64,000 nt of DNA from Candidatus Omnitrophota bacterium (GCA_015233405.1 JADFXT010000001.1:105386-169385); one strand, 5' to 3'; positions 1 to 10,433 are shown, numbered from the stretch's first letter. Translations and numbers: made by a program. The notes: generated from the letters alone by a model not told the origin.

Positions 1-21
1 AGAGAATTAAAGAATGAGTGA
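1..21 (+). CDS. rpmC: probable 3' end of ribosomal protein L29 gene (partial, runs off window)
   Basis: Frame 1 reads R-E-L-K-N-E-stop ending at 21 and overlaps the S17 start, which is where L29 sits in the conserved S10 operon. It is too short to verify. Confidence 0.25.
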   Translation, partial: RELKNE

Positions 22-280
22 AGCGGTCAATAGATTAAATCGAAGAAAAAATCTTCAAGGCATTGTTGTCAGCGATAAGATGAACAAGACCCGTGTGGTT
101 CAGGTAAAGTGGGATCAGAAGCATTCCCAATATCTTAAAGGTGTTCGTCGAGCTTCAAAATATAAAGCGCATGACGAAAAGAACGAGTCCAAAATGGGGG
201 ATGTTGTTCGTATTATGGAAACACGGCCCATTTCTAAAGATAAACGCTGGGTCATCATGGGGATTCTCCAGAAGGCTTAA
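14..280 (+). CDS. rpsQ: 30S ribosomal protein S17
   Basis: 88 aa; LQGIVVSDKMNKTRVV...HDEKNESKMGDVVRIMETRPISK is typical S17, and the gene is first in conserved S17-L14-L24-L5 order. Confidence 0.95.
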   Translation: MSEAVNRLNRRKNLQGIVVSDKMNKTRVVQVKWDQKHSQYLKGVRRASKYKAHDEKNESKMGDVVRIMETRPISKDKRWVIMGILQKA

Positions 281-291
281 AGGGGACTTTT

Positions 292-660
292 ATGGTTTAT
301 TTAAAAACATTATTAGATGTCGCAGATAATACAGGAGCCCGTAAGGCTTCGATGATAGGTGTTCTAAACGTTAAAGGCAGAAATTTCGCTTATGTGGGCG
401 ATATGATAAAAGTCAACATTAAAGAATCTGCTCCCGAAGCTGCGATCAAAAAAGGTGATAAAGCGAAAGCCATAATCATCAGGACAACCGCTCCGATTCG
501 CCGTTCAGATGGGACGTATGTACGATTTGATACAAATGCGGTGGTGATTGTTGATGATGCAGGCAATCCGAAAGGCACACGTATTTTTGGGCCTGTAGCC
601 AGAGAATTACGAAATTTAGATTATATGAAAATAGTTTCATTAGCTCCTGAGGTGGTCTAA
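292..660 (+). CDS. rplN: 50S ribosomal protein L14
   Basis: 122 aa; the LDVADNTGARK...IRFDTNAVV...GTRIFGPVAREL signature matches L14. Confidence 0.97.
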   Translation: MVYLKTLLDVADNTGARKASMIGVLNVKGRNFAYVGDMIKVNIKESAPEAAIKKGDKAKAIIIRTTAPIRRSDGTYVRFDTNAVVIVDDAGNPKGTRIFGPVARELRNLDYMKIVSLAPEVV

Positions 661-662
661 GT

Positions 663-974
663 ATGTTAGGCATAAAGAAGAACGATCAAGTGATGATTAT
701 TACCGGGAAAGATAAAGGAAAAACCGGAAAAGTTTTAGAAATTTTCCCCAATGAACAAAAGGCTGTTGTTGAGAACCTTAATCTCGTCAAGAAAGCCAAA
801 CGAAAAACTCAAAAAGATCAGCAAGGCGGGTTTGCTGAGGTAGAGGCCCCGATTCATTTGTCTAATATCATGTTGATGGATAAAAAGACCAATCGGCCGA
901 CGCGATTCTCAACGGAAATATTAAAAGACGGAACTAAAGTGCGCATCAGCAAAAAAAGTGGCGAGGTTATCTAA
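663..974 (+). CDS. rplX: 50S ribosomal protein L24
   Basis: 103 aa with a KOW-like motif (KKNDQVMIITGKDKGKTGKV); operon position fits. Confidence 0.95.
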   Translation: MLGIKKNDQVMIITGKDKGKTGKVLEIFPNEQKAVVENLNLVKKAKRKTQKDQQGGFAEVEAPIHLSNIMLMDKKTNRPTRFSTEILKDGTKVRISKKSGEVI

Positions 975-975
975 G

Positions 976-1521
976 ATGATTCCACGTTTACAGAAAAAAT
1001 ATCAAGAGCAGTGCCTTCCTAAGATGAAAGAAAAGTTTCATATCACTAATGATATGGCCGTTCCTCGTCTTGAAAAGATTGCTATCAATATGGGAGTTGG
1101 GAAATCCATTGCGGATATTAAAATCCTCGATGCTGCTGTCAAAGATTTGGAATCCATCACTGGCCAAAAGGTGGTTATGACGAGAGCCAAAAAAGCCATT
1201 TCAAATTTTAAATTACGCATTGGTCTTCCGATTGGTTGCCGGGTGACACTACGTCGTGCGAGAATGTATGAATTTTTAGATCGGTTGATTTCTATCGCCC
1301 TTCCACGTATTCGTGACTTTAACGGGATTTCAAGACATTCTTTTGATAAACAAGGAAATTATACTTTAGGGATTACTGACCAAACAATTTTTCCTGAAAT
1401 TGATACGGGAAAATTACAAAATATTCAGGGAATGGACATAACTATTGTTTTTAACCAAGGGAACCCTGAACAGACTTTTGAATTATTGAGTTTGTTAGGA
1501 ATGCCGTTTACAAAGAAATAA
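976..1521 (+). CDS. rplE: 50S ribosomal protein L5
   Basis: VPRLEKIAINMGVG and the downstream L5 core. I prefer ATG 976, which has GAGG 9 nt upstream and lies just after the L24 stop, over the GTG at 958 used in the track. Confidence 0.95.
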   Translation: MIPRLQKKYQEQCLPKMKEKFHITNDMAVPRLEKIAINMGVGKSIADIKILDAAVKDLESITGQKVVMTRAKKAISNFKLRIGLPIGCRVTLRRARMYEFLDRLISIALPRIRDFNGISRHSFDKQGNYTLGITDQTIFPEIDTGKLQNIQGMDITIVFNQGNPEQTFELLSLLGMPFTKK

Positions 1522-1527
1522 AAAATT

Positions 1528-1713
1528 ATGGCAAAAAAATCAAAAATTAATAAATCAAAACTTAAAGCTAAGTTCTCAACAAGACAGCATACTCGTTGTC
1601 AGCTCTGCGGAAGACCAAGAGGGTATTTACGCCGGTTCGGTATTTGCCGTATTTGTTTTCGAGAGTTGGCCTGGCGCGGGGAAATCCCTGGAGTTAAGAA
1701 AGCCAGCTGGTAA
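1528..1713 (+). CDS. rpsN: 30S ribosomal protein S14, zinc-binding type Z
   Basis: 61 aa short form with CxxC...CxxC ([23 protein letters not shown]). Confidence 0.95.
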   Translation: MAKKSKINKSKLKAKFSTRQHTRCQLCGRPRGYLRRFGICRICFRELAWRGEIPGVKKASW

Positions 1714-1746
1714 CTTAATAGACTGATTTGAAAGAGGTTTAATCTT

Positions 1747-2142
1747 ATGTCATTGAATGATCCTATTAGTAATTTTCTTACAATAGTCCGTAATGGGACG
1801 AGAGGGAACAAAGAAACGGTTGATGTCCCTGCATCCAAACTTGTCGGTAAAGTTTTGGATATTTTTAAGGCTGATGGCTATATTGAAGATTTCCGTTTAA
1901 TGAAGGATACGGCTCAAGGAATCTTTAAGGTTTATCTCAAATATGAAGGAAAAAAGCCTGCCATTACTGGAATCAAAAGAATTTCAAAATCAGGGTTAAG
2001 AATTTACGCCAACAATCATGAAATCCCCTATGTTTTAAACGGCCTTGGGACTGCGGTGTTGTCTACGTCCAAAGGAATTCTTTCTGACCGTGAAGCACGG
2101 AAAGCAAAGATCGGCGGGGAAGTCATCTGTTACATCTGGTAG
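1747..2142 (+). CDS. rpsH: 30S ribosomal protein S8
   Basis: 131 aa; DPISNFLTIVRNG...GGEVICYIW is classic S8. Confidence 0.97.
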   Translation: MSLNDPISNFLTIVRNGTRGNKETVDVPASKLVGKVLDIFKADGYIEDFRLMKDTAQGIFKVYLKYEGKKPAITGIKRISKSGLRIYANNHEIPYVLNGLGTAVLSTSKGILSDREARKAKIGGEVICYIW

Positions 2143-2153
2143 GATAAAAAAAT

Positions 2154-2693
2154 ATGTCAAGAATAGGAAAAATCCCAGTTAAGTTGCCTAAAGAAGTGAA
2201 AGCTTCTATTAATAAAGATACTGTCCTTTTGGAAGGCTCTAAAGGAAAGATCGCCATCAATCTTCCGTCGAGCATTAAAGTCGAACAGAAGGATGATCAA
2301 TTAGTTGTTTTGCGCGATGGAGACACCAAACAAAATCGTGCGGATCATGGGACCATTCGCGCCCGGTTGGAGAATATGATCTTAGGCGTGAGCAAAGGTC
2401 ATAAAAAAGATTTGGAAATTCAGGGACTCGGTTTACGCGTTCAGGCCCAAGGAAATAAACTGACGTTTAATTTAGGGTTTAGCCATCCGGTTGAATTTGA
2501 AGTCCCGAAAGACCTTAAAGTCACAACGCCGACCCAGACGGCCATTATGCTGGAAGGGGTCGATAACATTTTAGTTGGACAAATTGCAGCAAAAATCCGA
2601 GATCTTAAGCCTGTGGAACCTTATAAGGGAAAAGGCATTCGATATGTTGGAGAATTTGTCCGAAGAAAACAAGGGAAATCCGTAACCAAGTAG
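2154..2693 (+). CDS. rplF: 50S ribosomal protein L6
   Basis: 179 aa; MSRIGKIPV...PEPYKGKGIRY motifs. Confidence 0.97.
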   Translation: MSRIGKIPVKLPKEVKASINKDTVLLEGSKGKIAINLPSSIKVEQKDDQLVVLRDGDTKQNRADHGTIRARLENMILGVSKGHKKDLEIQGLGLRVQAQGNKLTFNLGFSHPVEFEVPKDLKVTTPTQTAIMLEGVDNILVGQIAAKIRDLKPVEPYKGKGIRYVGEFVRRKQGKSVTK

Positions 2694-2701
2694 GTTAAGA
2701 C

Positions 2702-3070
2702 ATGTCATCATTAAATCGAAAAGAACAAAGCAGGATTTATCGGCACGATAGAATTCGTAAGAAATCTTTAGGGACTTCTGAACGCCCGCGATTGTGTGTT
2801 CATCGAAGCCTGAAGAACTTAACAGCTCAAGTTATTGATGATCAAACTGGTAAGATTATTATCGGAATGTCAACATTGAGCAAAAATATTCGTGGGAATA
2901 TTAAAAATGGTGGGAATCAGGACGGGGCATCACAATTTGGCGAAGCCTTTGCTAAAGAAGCTCAGAAAAAAGGGATAAAGAAAGTTTGTTTTGATCGCGG
3001 TGGGTATCTTTTCCATGGAAGGGTCAAAGCATTTGCCGAAGGTGCTCGTAAGGGAGGCTTGGAATTCTAA
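2702..3070 (+). CDS. rplR: 50S ribosomal protein L18
   Basis: 122 aa; [20 protein letters not shown]...[20 protein letters not shown]. Confidence 0.95.
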   Translation: MSSLNRKEQSRIYRHDRIRKKSLGTSERPRLCVHRSLKNLTAQVIDDQTGKIIIGMSTLSKNIRGNIKNGGNQDGASQFGEAFAKEAQKKGIKKVCFDRGGYLFHGRVKAFAEGARKGGLEF

Positions 3071-3074
3071 GACT

Positions 3075-3758
3075 ATGGATGAAAATAAAGAAAAACCAAA
3101 AAAAGTAAATTCTCCAGAAAAACCGGTTGTTCAGGAAAAGGATGATGTCGTTTTACAGGAAGGCGTTCCTGCTGAGGCGGCAGATCTTCTTAAAGTTCCG
3201 GCAGATGCCGAGTTCGTTTCTCCTCGAAAGAAAGCTAAAAAAGGAAAAGACGATCTTGAGCTCCCTGAGGGAATTGTCACAGGGCGGAAAGATGATTCTT
3301 CGGGTCTTTTTGAGAAAGTCATTTCCATTAACCGTATCACAAAGGTTAGAAAAGGCGGGAAAAAACTTTCTTTTAGCGCGTTAGTTGTTGTTGGAGACGC
3401 GAAAGGCCATGTGGGTTATAGTCTTGAGAAAGCGGCGGAAGTTTCTGTGGCCATTAAAAAATCCATGGCTGTTGCGAAGAAAAATATGATTAAGATTTCA
3501 ACTCGCGGAACAACGATTCCCCACGAGATCATTGGTGTTTGTGGAAGTTCCAGGGTTCTTCTTAAGCCTGCGGCTGACGGTACCGGCGTTATTGCGTCCG
3601 GCGCTGTCCGTGCTGTTTGCGACGGAGTTGGTATTCGTAATATTTTAACAAAATGTCATCGGTCGAATAATCCGATCAATGTTATTAAAGCGACGATTGA
3701 CGGGTTAAGCCGTTTAAAATCGGTTAAACAAGAAAATAAGGAAGTTGGGATTCAATAA
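3075..3758 (+). CDS. rpsE: 30S ribosomal protein S5 with a long acidic/basic N-terminal extension
   Basis: The S5 core ([27 protein letters not shown]...) starts near residue 78. The first in-frame ATG after the L18 stop is 3075. The track ORF from 2991 overlaps rplR and is not used. Confidence 0.92.
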   Translation: MDENKEKPKKVNSPEKPVVQEKDDVVLQEGVPAEAADLLKVPADAEFVSPRKKAKKGKDDLELPEGIVTGRKDDSSGLFEKVISINRITKVRKGGKKLSFSALVVVGDAKGHVGYSLEKAAEVSVAIKKSMAVAKKNMIKISTRGTTIPHEIIGVCGSSRVLLKPAADGTGVIASGAVRAVCDGVGIRNILTKCHRSNNPINVIKATIDGLSRLKSVKQENKEVGIQ

Positions 3759-4240
3759 TGCAGCTACATGAATTAAAACCACCAAGAGGTTCTACGACAC
3801 GAAAAGTCATTGTTGGCCGAGGAAAAGGGTCTGGCCATGGAAAGACCAGCGGTCGCGGACGCGACGGGCAAGGATCTCGTGGAGGTCCTGGAATTCTGGG
3901 CGCCTTAGAGGGCGGCCAAATGCCTTTAATCCGACGACTTGCGAAAGTAGGATTCCGTAGCAAGCGCCCTATTTTAAATCAGATTGTTAGCTTGGCAAGT
4001 TTGAATCGTTTGGATAAAGGGACAGTGATTAATGCCGAGATCTTGAAAAAAGAGGGATTTATCGAAAGCATTAATAAACCGTTTAAGATCTTAGGCGATG
4101 GGGACATTGAAAAAGCCTTGATTTTTCAAACAGATTGTCTTTCAGCGTCAGCCAAAGAAAAAATTCTGAAGGCTGGTGGAAAGATTGACGTTAAAGAAGC
4201 GAAAGTAGCAGTGAAGAAACCTGCTCAAAAACAAAAATAA
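3758..4240 (+). CDS. rplO: 50S ribosomal protein L15
   Basis: 160 aa; [12 protein letters not shown]...GRGKGSGHGKTSGRG is the L15 N-terminus. It follows S5 directly with no L30 gene. Confidence 0.95.
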   Translation: MQLHELKPPRGSTTRKVIVGRGKGSGHGKTSGRGRDGQGSRGGPGILGALEGGQMPLIRRLAKVGFRSKRPILNQIVSLASLNRLDKGTVINAEILKKEGFIESINKPFKILGDGDIEKALIFQTDCLSASAKEKILKAGGKIDVKEAKVAVKKPAQKQK

Positions 4241-4246
4241 ATTTTC

Positions 4247-5599
4247 ATGCTCTCATCATTCGTAAATTGTTTTAAGATCCCTGAATTAAAGAAAAAGATT
4301 TTATTTACTTTAGGGATCATTATTGTTTATCGCATCGGGTGTTTTATACCGACGCCTGGCGTAAATGGCGCAGCTTTGGCCGAATTATTCCGGCAGAAGT
4401 TTGATTCAGCGGCATCAGGAAGCATGTTCGGGATCATGAATATGTTTTCCGGTAGGGCTTTGGAGAAATTGACGATTTTTGCTTTAGGCATCATGCCGTA
4501 TATCTCTAGCTCTATCATTATGCAGCTTTTAACCGCTGTCATTCCATCTTTGGAAAAATTATCCAAGGAAGGACAGGCTGGGTATCGCAAGATTAATCAA
4601 TATACGCGCTACGGCACTCTTTTCTTAGCGCTGGTTCAATCATTTTTTATTGCTCTTTGGCTTGAAAGTCCACACGCGTTTCAAGGAATTCAGATCGTCA
4701 ACAACCCCGGATGGGGATTTCGTTTGGTGACGGTCTGTACATTATCCGCCGGAACGCTTGTTCTGATGTGGTTAGGGGAACAGATTCAGGAAAAAGGTAT
4801 CGGTAACGGAATATCCCTTATCATTACCGCCGGGATCCTTTCTTCTGCTCCGTCGGCGGCAAGAATGCTTATGATGCTTTTATCTCCTCAGGCTGGTGGA
4901 GGGGTAAGTCAGATCCAACCGCTGACATTGATCATTATGGTTTTCTTCCTGGTGGCGGTTATTATTTCCATTACCTTAATTACTCAGGCGCAGAGAAAGA
5001 TTCCAGTTCAATACGCCAGAAGGATTGTCGGAAGACGGGTTTACGGCGGACAAAATACGTACATTCCTTTAAAGGTTGATACAGCGGGGATTATCGCGAT
5101 CATCTTTGCGCAATCCATCATTCTTTTTCCGGCGACGATTGCAAGTTTTATCCCGAATCAAGCTATTCAGGGAATGGCAATGTGGATTCAACGCGGGCAT
5201 GTTTCGTATTATATGATTTATGGTTTGTTGATCGTGTTCTTTTGTTATTTTTATACAGCTATTGTTTTTAATCCTGTGGATGTGGCGGAAAACATGAAGA
5301 AGCACGGCGGATTCATCCCCGGGGTCAGGCCAGGAACACAGACAGCGGATTATTTGGATTTTGTTATGACGCGCGTCACTTTGGCTGGAGCTTTATTTGT
5401 TTGCTGTATTGCGGTTATGCCTGATTGGATTATGGCCTCTTTTAAAGTTCCTTATTTGGTTGCGTCATTCTTTGGTGGTACGGGTGTTCTGATTACCGTC
5501 GGCGTTATGTTGGATACGATGAAGCAGATTGAATCGCATCTTTTGACAAGACATTATGAAGGTTTTATGAAAACCGGTCAATTAAGAGGACGTCGATGA
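4247..5599 (+). CDS. secY: preprotein translocase subunit SecY
   Basis: 450 aa polytopic protein with SecY motifs (LGIMPYISSSII, GNGISLII) in the canonical position after L15. Confidence 0.97.
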   Translation: MLSSFVNCFKIPELKKKILFTLGIIIVYRIGCFIPTPGVNGAALAELFRQKFDSAASGSMFGIMNMFSGRALEKLTIFALGIMPYISSSIIMQLLTAVIPSLEKLSKEGQAGYRKINQYTRYGTLFLALVQSFFIALWLESPHAFQGIQIVNNPGWGFRLVTVCTLSAGTLVLMWLGEQIQEKGIGNGISLIITAGILSSAPSAARMLMMLLSPQAGGGVSQIQPLTLIIMVFFLVAVIISITLITQAQRKIPVQYARRIVGRRVYGGQNTYIPLKVDTAGIIAIIFAQSIILFPATIASFIPNQAIQGMAMWIQRGHVSYYMIYGLLIVFFCYFYTAIVFNPVDVAENMKKHGGFIPGVRPGTQTADYLDFVMTRVTLAGALFVCCIAVMPDWIMASFKVPYLVASFFGGTGVLITVGVMLDTMKQIESHLLTRHYEGFMKTGQLRGRR

Positions 5600-6243
5600 A
5601 AATCGTTTTATTAGGACCACCTGGAGCTGGAAAAGGAACATTAGCTGAATCTCTTAGAGACACATTAGGTCTTTTACATATTTCCACGGGAGATATCTTA
5701 AGGGAAGAAATGAAAAATGGAACTCCCTTAGGCAAGGAAGCAAAAAAATTTGTGGAAAGTGGCGGGTTGGTTCCGGATGAATTGGTTACACGTTTGATTA
5801 AGAACCGTCTTGAGAATGATCCAAAGGCCAAAAAAGGATTTTTAATGGACGGGTTTCCCCGTACACAAAAACAGGCCGAAGATTTAGATAAGATTTTAAA
5901 AGATTTGAATCAGCCGGTGGATTGCACGTTATGTTTAGAAGCCTCCGTCAAGACGGTGGTGCAGCGATTAACCGGACGCCGCGTCTGTAAGCAATGTGGC
6001 GCTCTTTATCATATGACGAACAAACCGCCTAAAAAAGAAGGCGTTTGCGATAATTGTGGCGGTCCATTATATCAGCGCGCGGATGATAATGAAGAGACGA
6101 TTCAAAATCGGATGAAGGTTTATACCGAAAGCACAAAACCGATCATTGAATATTATAAAGCCCAAGGGAAATTAAGATCCATTGATGCGGACACAGATTC
6201 CCAGACGGTGAGAACCGCAGCTCTGAAAATTATTAATGGCTAG
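5596..6243 (+). CDS. adk: adenylate kinase (zinc-lid type)
   Basis: P-loop GPPGAGKGT, LMDGFPRT, and a lid with CKQC...CDNC. Confidence 0.97.
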   Translation: MKIVLLGPPGAGKGTLAESLRDTLGLLHISTGDILREEMKNGTPLGKEAKKFVESGGLVPDELVTRLIKNRLENDPKAKKGFLMDGFPRTQKQAEDLDKILKDLNQPVDCTLCLEASVKTVVQRLTGRRVCKQCGALYHMTNKPPKKEGVCDNCGGPLYQRADDNEETIQNRMKVYTESTKPIIEYYKAQGKLRSIDADTDSQTVRTAALKIING

Positions 6244-7003
6244 GCCATTTAAAATTGGGATAAAATCCAAGCAAGAAATTGCTATTCTTCGTGACGCGGG
6301 GAAAATTTTATCAGCAATTGTAGAAAGTCTTAAGCGCTCTTTAAAAAGTGGGATGACAACCCGAGAAATTGATGCCCTGGCTGATAGCTTGATAAGAAAA
6401 TATAACGTGGTGTCAGCGTTTAAAGGGTATCGCGGATATCCTGGAAATGTTTGTGTTTCCGTTAATGAAGAAGTCGTTCACGGAATTCCCGGGGCGAAAG
6501 TCATCAAAGACGGTGATATTGTCAGCATTGATGCGGGGATTATTTATCGGGAATATTATTCCGATATGGCGGTAACCGTCGGGATAGGCACCATCGACCC
6601 TGTTCTTCAGAAATTGATTGAGACAACGCAAAGTTCTTTGTCTTTAGGGATAGAACAGGCGAGGGCCGGAAATCATTTGTTCGATATTTCGCATGCGGTG
6701 CAGAACAAGGTTGAGTCAAACGGGTTTTCGGTCGTTCGGGAATTTGTCGGGCATGGTATCGGAAGACATTTGCATGAAGATCCGGAAATTCCAAATTTTG
6801 GCGAACCGCATGAAGGTCCGATTTTAGAAGAAGGAATGGTTTTTGCGATAGAACCGATGGTCAACGTAGGCGATTGGCGTACAAAGATTTTAAATGACGG
6901 ATGGACCGTTGTTACGGCCGACAGAAAACCGTCAGCACATTTTGAACATACAGTTGTTGTTTTAAAAAAAGGCGCAGAAATCCTAACACAATACTATGGC
7001 TAA
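6236..7003 (+). CDS. map: type I methionine aminopeptidase
   Basis: 255 aa; M24A motifs ([36 protein letters not shown]). Confidence 0.95.
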   Translation: MARPFKIGIKSKQEIAILRDAGKILSAIVESLKRSLKSGMTTREIDALADSLIRKYNVVSAFKGYRGYPGNVCVSVNEEVVHGIPGAKVIKDGDIVSIDAGIIYREYYSDMAVTVGIGTIDPVLQKLIETTQSSLSLGIEQARAGNHLFDISHAVQNKVESNGFSVVREFVGHGIGRHLHEDPEIPNFGEPHEGPILEEGMVFAIEPMVNVGDWRTKILNDGWTVVTADRKPSAHFEHTVVVLKKGAEILTQYYG

Positions 7004-7214
7004 AGAAGACCTGATCGAAGTTGAAGGAGTGATAAAAGAATCTTTGCCGAACGCAAAATTTCGCGTTCAGCTGGATAATGGCCATATTGTTTTAGCTCAT
7101 ATATCCGGGAAGATTCGGATGAATTTCATCCGTATTCTCCCTGGGGACAAAGTCAAAGTTGAACTCTCTCCATATGATTTATCTAAGGGGAGAATAACAT
7201 TCAGGGTGCAATGA
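6996..7214 (+). CDS. infA: translation initiation factor IF-1
   Basis: 72 aa; [13 protein letters not shown]...FRVQLDNGH...[14 protein letters not shown]. Confidence 0.97.
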   Translation: MAKEDLIEVEGVIKESLPNAKFRVQLDNGHIVLAHISGKIRMNFIRILPGDKVKVELSPYDLSKGRITFRVQ

Positions 7215-7215
7215 T

Positions 7216-7329
7216 ATGAAAGTTAAATCGTCCGTCAAAAGAATTTGCAGCAATTGTAAGGTCGTACGCCGGGAAGGTGTTGTCCGGGTGATTTGCTCCA
7301 ATCCCAAACATAAACAAAGACAAGGATAA
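7216..7329 (+). CDS. rpmJ: 50S ribosomal protein L36
   Basis: Not in the ORF track because it is under 60 aa. I translated [37 protein letters not shown] by hand, between infA and rpsM. Confidence 0.93.
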   Translation: MKVKSSVKRICSNCKVVRREGVVRVICSNPKHKQRQG

Positions 7330-7334
7330 GGATT

Positions 7335-7715
7335 ATGCCGAGGATATTAGGTGTTGACATTCCAAGAGAAAAAAGAATTGAGGCCGCGTTGCCTTATATT
7401 TATGGACTAGGTCCTCATCGGGCGAAATTGGTCTTAAAACAGGCGAATATTGATCTTAACCGCCGGGCCAAAGAACTTACCGATGATGAAATCGCAAGAA
7501 TCACCGTGATCATCCAAAATAATTATATTACGGAAGGCGATCTTCGACGGGAAATCAGTCAGAATGTCCGAAGACTTGTGGATATCGGGTCCTATCGCGG
7601 GCTTCGTCATCGCCGAGGACTTCCTGTTCGCGGGCAAAGAACACGGACCAACGCGCGCACACGCAAAGGTCGTAAACCGATTGTGGCCGCTAAAATAAAA
7701 GAAGAGAAAAAATAA
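7335..7715 (+). CDS. rpsM: 30S ribosomal protein S13
   Basis: 126 aa; [10 protein letters not shown]...[26 protein letters not shown]. Confidence 0.97.
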   Translation: MPRILGVDIPREKRIEAALPYIYGLGPHRAKLVLKQANIDLNRRAKELTDDEIARITVIIQNNYITEGDLRREISQNVRRLVDIGSYRGLRHRRGLPVRGQRTRTNARTRKGRKPIVAAKIKEEKK

Positions 7716-7732
7716 AAAGGATTTGAAATCTT

Positions 7733-8161
7733 ATGGCAAATAATCCAACAACACCAGCAGCAGCACCTGTTGTCGATAAAAAGAAGGAAAAAGCAAAGAA
7801 GAAGATTTTAAAGGGCATCACAGCCGGGACTGTCCATATCAACGCGTCTTTTAATAATACGGCGATTACGATTTGTGATAAACAAGGCAATGTCATTGTT
7901 TGGTCTACGCCTGGGGTCGTTGGTTTTAGTGGCTCAAAAAAATCAACTCCTTTCGCGGCCCAGGTCGCTGCAGCAGATGCTGCCAAAAAAGCTAAAGACC
8001 TTGGGTTAAAGAGCGTGGATGTGTTCGTGAAAGGCCCTGGATCAGGACGAGAATCTGCGATCCGCGCATTACAATCGAACGGATTAATTATTACAACAAT
8101 CAAAGATGTGACCCCTATGCCGCATAACGGATGTCGGGCAAAAAAGAAACGTCGCGTTTAA
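7733..8161 (+). CDS. rpsK: 30S ribosomal protein S11
   Basis: 142 aa; [10 protein letters not shown]...[14 protein letters not shown]...[11 protein letters not shown]. Confidence 0.97.
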   Translation: MANNPTTPAAAPVVDKKKEKAKKKILKGITAGTVHINASFNNTAITICDKQGNVIVWSTPGVVGFSGSKKSTPFAAQVAAADAAKKAKDLGLKSVDVFVKGPGSGRESAIRALQSNGLIITTIKDVTPMPHNGCRAKKKRRV

Positions 8162-8180
8162 TTTTTAGGAGAGGACTTTC

Positions 8181-8810
8181 ATGGGAAAATATATTGGTTC
8201 AAGATGTCGGATGTGTCGCAGGGAAGGCGCAAAGCTTTTCTTAAAAGGGACACGATGTTCTACCCATAGATGTGCGATGGAACGTAGAGCCTATGCGCCC
8301 GGATTTCATGGAAAAACGCAACGGGTTAAATTGTCCAACTATGGTCTTCAGCTTCGCGAAAAACAAAAGGTCAAAAGGATTTACGGCCTTTATGAAAAAC
8401 AATTCCGGAATTATTTTGCTAAAGCTGTTCGCAACAAAGGTGTTACCGGCGAGATCTTGCTGCAGTTCTTGGAAAGAAGATTAGATAGCGTGCTTCTCAA
8501 TTTAGGATTTTGTTCATCCCGCAGACAGGCGCGTCAGGTTGTTGGCCATGGCGTTGTCCATGTTAATGGCCGGAAAGTTAATATTGCATCCTTTTTAGTC
8601 AAGAAAGATGATGAACTAGCTCTGAAATTCAAGAAAAAAGGACAGGAAGCCATTAAGAATAATATGGAACTTACTAAAGACCGGGCTATTCCCGCTTGGC
8701 TTTCATTAGATAAGAATCAATACAAAGCAAAAGTCATTAGGCTGCCGGAGCGAGGAGATATTACCTTCCCTGTTAACGAGCAGTTAATTGTTGAGCTTTA
8801 TTCACGATAA
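8181..8810 (+). CDS. rpsD: 30S ribosomal protein S4
   Basis: 209 aa; N-terminal Cys cluster, YGLQLREKQK, and an S4 RNA-binding domain. Confidence 0.97.
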   Translation: MGKYIGSRCRMCRREGAKLFLKGTRCSTHRCAMERRAYAPGFHGKTQRVKLSNYGLQLREKQKVKRIYGLYEKQFRNYFAKAVRNKGVTGEILLQFLERRLDSVLLNLGFCSSRRQARQVVGHGVVHVNGRKVNIASFLVKKDDELALKFKKKGQEAIKNNMELTKDRAIPAWLSLDKNQYKAKVIRLPERGDITFPVNEQLIVELYSR

Positions 8811-8830
8811 GAGAAATTGAGGAGGAAAAT

Positions 8831-9817
8831 ATGGGTGTGAAATGGCGAGATTTTCAAATGCCAAAAAGGCTAGAATGTGATGAAAGTTCCTATACCGATA
8901 CCTACGGAAAATTTGTCGCAGAGCCGTTTGAGAGAGGGTATGGCGTCACTTTAGGAAATTCTTTAAGACGTATTTTACTTTCCTCTATTGAAGGAAGTGC
9001 CATCACCTCCATTAAAGTGGAAGGGGCTCGACATGAGTTTTCAACGATTCCAGGGGTTGTGGAATCGGTTGCGGATATCATCTTGAATATCAAGAAGATT
9101 GTTTTACGTTTGCATTCCAAGGTCCCTAAGCCTATTTATATTCAGGCAAATGAAAAAGGGGAAATCAAGGCTGGCGATATTATTTGCGATGAGACCGTGG
9201 AGATCCTTAACCCGGAATTGCATATCGCGACCTTGTCCCGTGATGCAAAATTAAATATTGAATTAGAAGTTTCTCGCGGACGCGGTTATGTCCCGGCAGA
9301 ATTAAATAAAAAAGATGCCGTCGATGTCATTGCGGTCGATTCTATTTTTACGCCGATCATTAAGGTGAATTTCCATGTGGAAAATACCCGCGTCGGACAA
9401 AGAACCGATTATGACCGTTTGCTTTTGGAAATTTGGACCAATGGCGGCATTAATCCTAAAGAAGCTCTTCTTTATGCGTCCAATATTTTGCAAAGACATT
9501 TGGATGTCTTCGTAAGCTATGGACAACTTCCTGAAGAAGAAGAGGAAGAAGAAGAAATTTCTGCAGAGGAGAAGGCTTTATACGAGAAATTACGTTTACC
9601 GATTTCAGAACTCGAGCTTTCTGTCCGAAGCGCCAACTGTTTAAAAGATGCGAATATCAAGACCATCGCCGAACTTGTTAAAAAGACAGAGTCGGAACTT
9701 TTAAGTTTCCGAAATTTTGGTAAAAAATCCTTAAGTGAGATCAACGATCTTTTAAAGATCATGGGTCTTCATTTAGGAATGAAGATTGATCAAAAGAAAT
9801 TAAGAAAAAAGGAATAA
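8831..9817 (+). CDS. rpoA: DNA-directed RNA polymerase subunit alpha
   Basis: 328 aa; NTD GNSLRRILLSS, CTD LELSVRSANCLK; a poly-Glu linker (EEEEEEEE) is encoded at about 9533-9556. Confidence 0.97.
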   Translation: MGVKWRDFQMPKRLECDESSYTDTYGKFVAEPFERGYGVTLGNSLRRILLSSIEGSAITSIKVEGARHEFSTIPGVVESVADIILNIKKIVLRLHSKVPKPIYIQANEKGEIKAGDIICDETVEILNPELHIATLSRDAKLNIELEVSRGRGYVPAELNKKDAVDVIAVDSIFTPIIKVNFHVENTRVGQRTDYDRLLLEIWTNGGINPKEALLYASNILQRHLDVFVSYGQLPEEEEEEEEISAEEKALYEKLRLPISELELSVRSANCLKDANIKTIAELVKKTESELLSFRNFGKKSLSEINDLLKIMGLHLGMKIDQKKLRKKE

Positions 9818-9818
9818 C

Positions 9819-10433
9819 ATGCGACACAAAATGGCAGGAAATAGACTTAATTGGAAGTGGAGTCACCGCAAAGCAACGGTCAGGGATATGGCTAAAGCAA
9901 CGTTGATTCAAGAACGAATTTGTACAACGAAAGCTAGAGCCAAAGAAACCCGAAAACTCGTCGAGAAATTAATTACTCTTGGCAAAAAAGGTACCTTAGC
10001 CGATAAAAGATTTGCTTTTGCCATTTTGTGTGATCATCAGCTTGTCAGTAAATTATTTAATGTGATTGCCCCTCGATTTACTAAACGGGCCGGCGGCTAT
10101 ACGCGGATTATCCCTTTACCGACACCTCGAAAAGGGGATAGTGCCGTTATGGTTTTTCTTGAGTTAACAGAAAAAGAAGTGGTTGTTGTCAGTAAGCCAA
10201 AAACCAAATCTGCTGCTAAAACCGAAAGCGCGAAAACAGCTGCTCCTAAAACAACAGGCGTTCAGAAATCAGAATCTAAAGAGGAAGCTCCTGGCGAAAA
10301 GAAAGAACATAAAGAAAAAGCGACCCATGAGCACGAACCAGAATCTAAGAAGCATATTCCTCAAGGGAAAATAAAGAACCAGAAATTCGACGGGTTTACA
10401 AAAATGTTTAGGAGAAAAGCTCCAGGCGAATAA
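9819..10433 (+). CDS. rplQ: 50S ribosomal protein L17 with a Lys/Glu-rich C-terminal extension
   Basis: MRHKMAGNRLN..SHRKA..GGYTRI core, followed by about 85 residues of low-complexity tail. Confidence 0.93.
   Translation: MRHKMAGNRLNWKWSHRKATVRDMAKATLIQERICTTKARAKETRKLVEKLITLGKKGTLADKRFAFAILCDHQLVSKLFNVIAPRFTKRAGGYTRIIPLPTPRKGDSAVMVFLELTEKEVVVVSKPKTKSAAKTESAKTAAPKTTGVQKSESKEEAPGEKKEHKEKATHEHEPESKKHIPQGKIKNQKFDGFTKMFRRKAPGE

Noticed and set aside
2991-3074. Upstream extension of the S5 ORF to ATG 2991
   Set aside because: It overlaps the last 80 nt of rplR in another frame and encodes non-S5-like sequence. ATG 3075, directly after the L18 stop, is the sensible start.
9533-9556. GAA/GAG trinucleotide run
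   Set aside because: It simply encodes the poly-Glu linker between the rpoA N- and C-terminal domains. This is a low-complexity coding feature, not a separate element.
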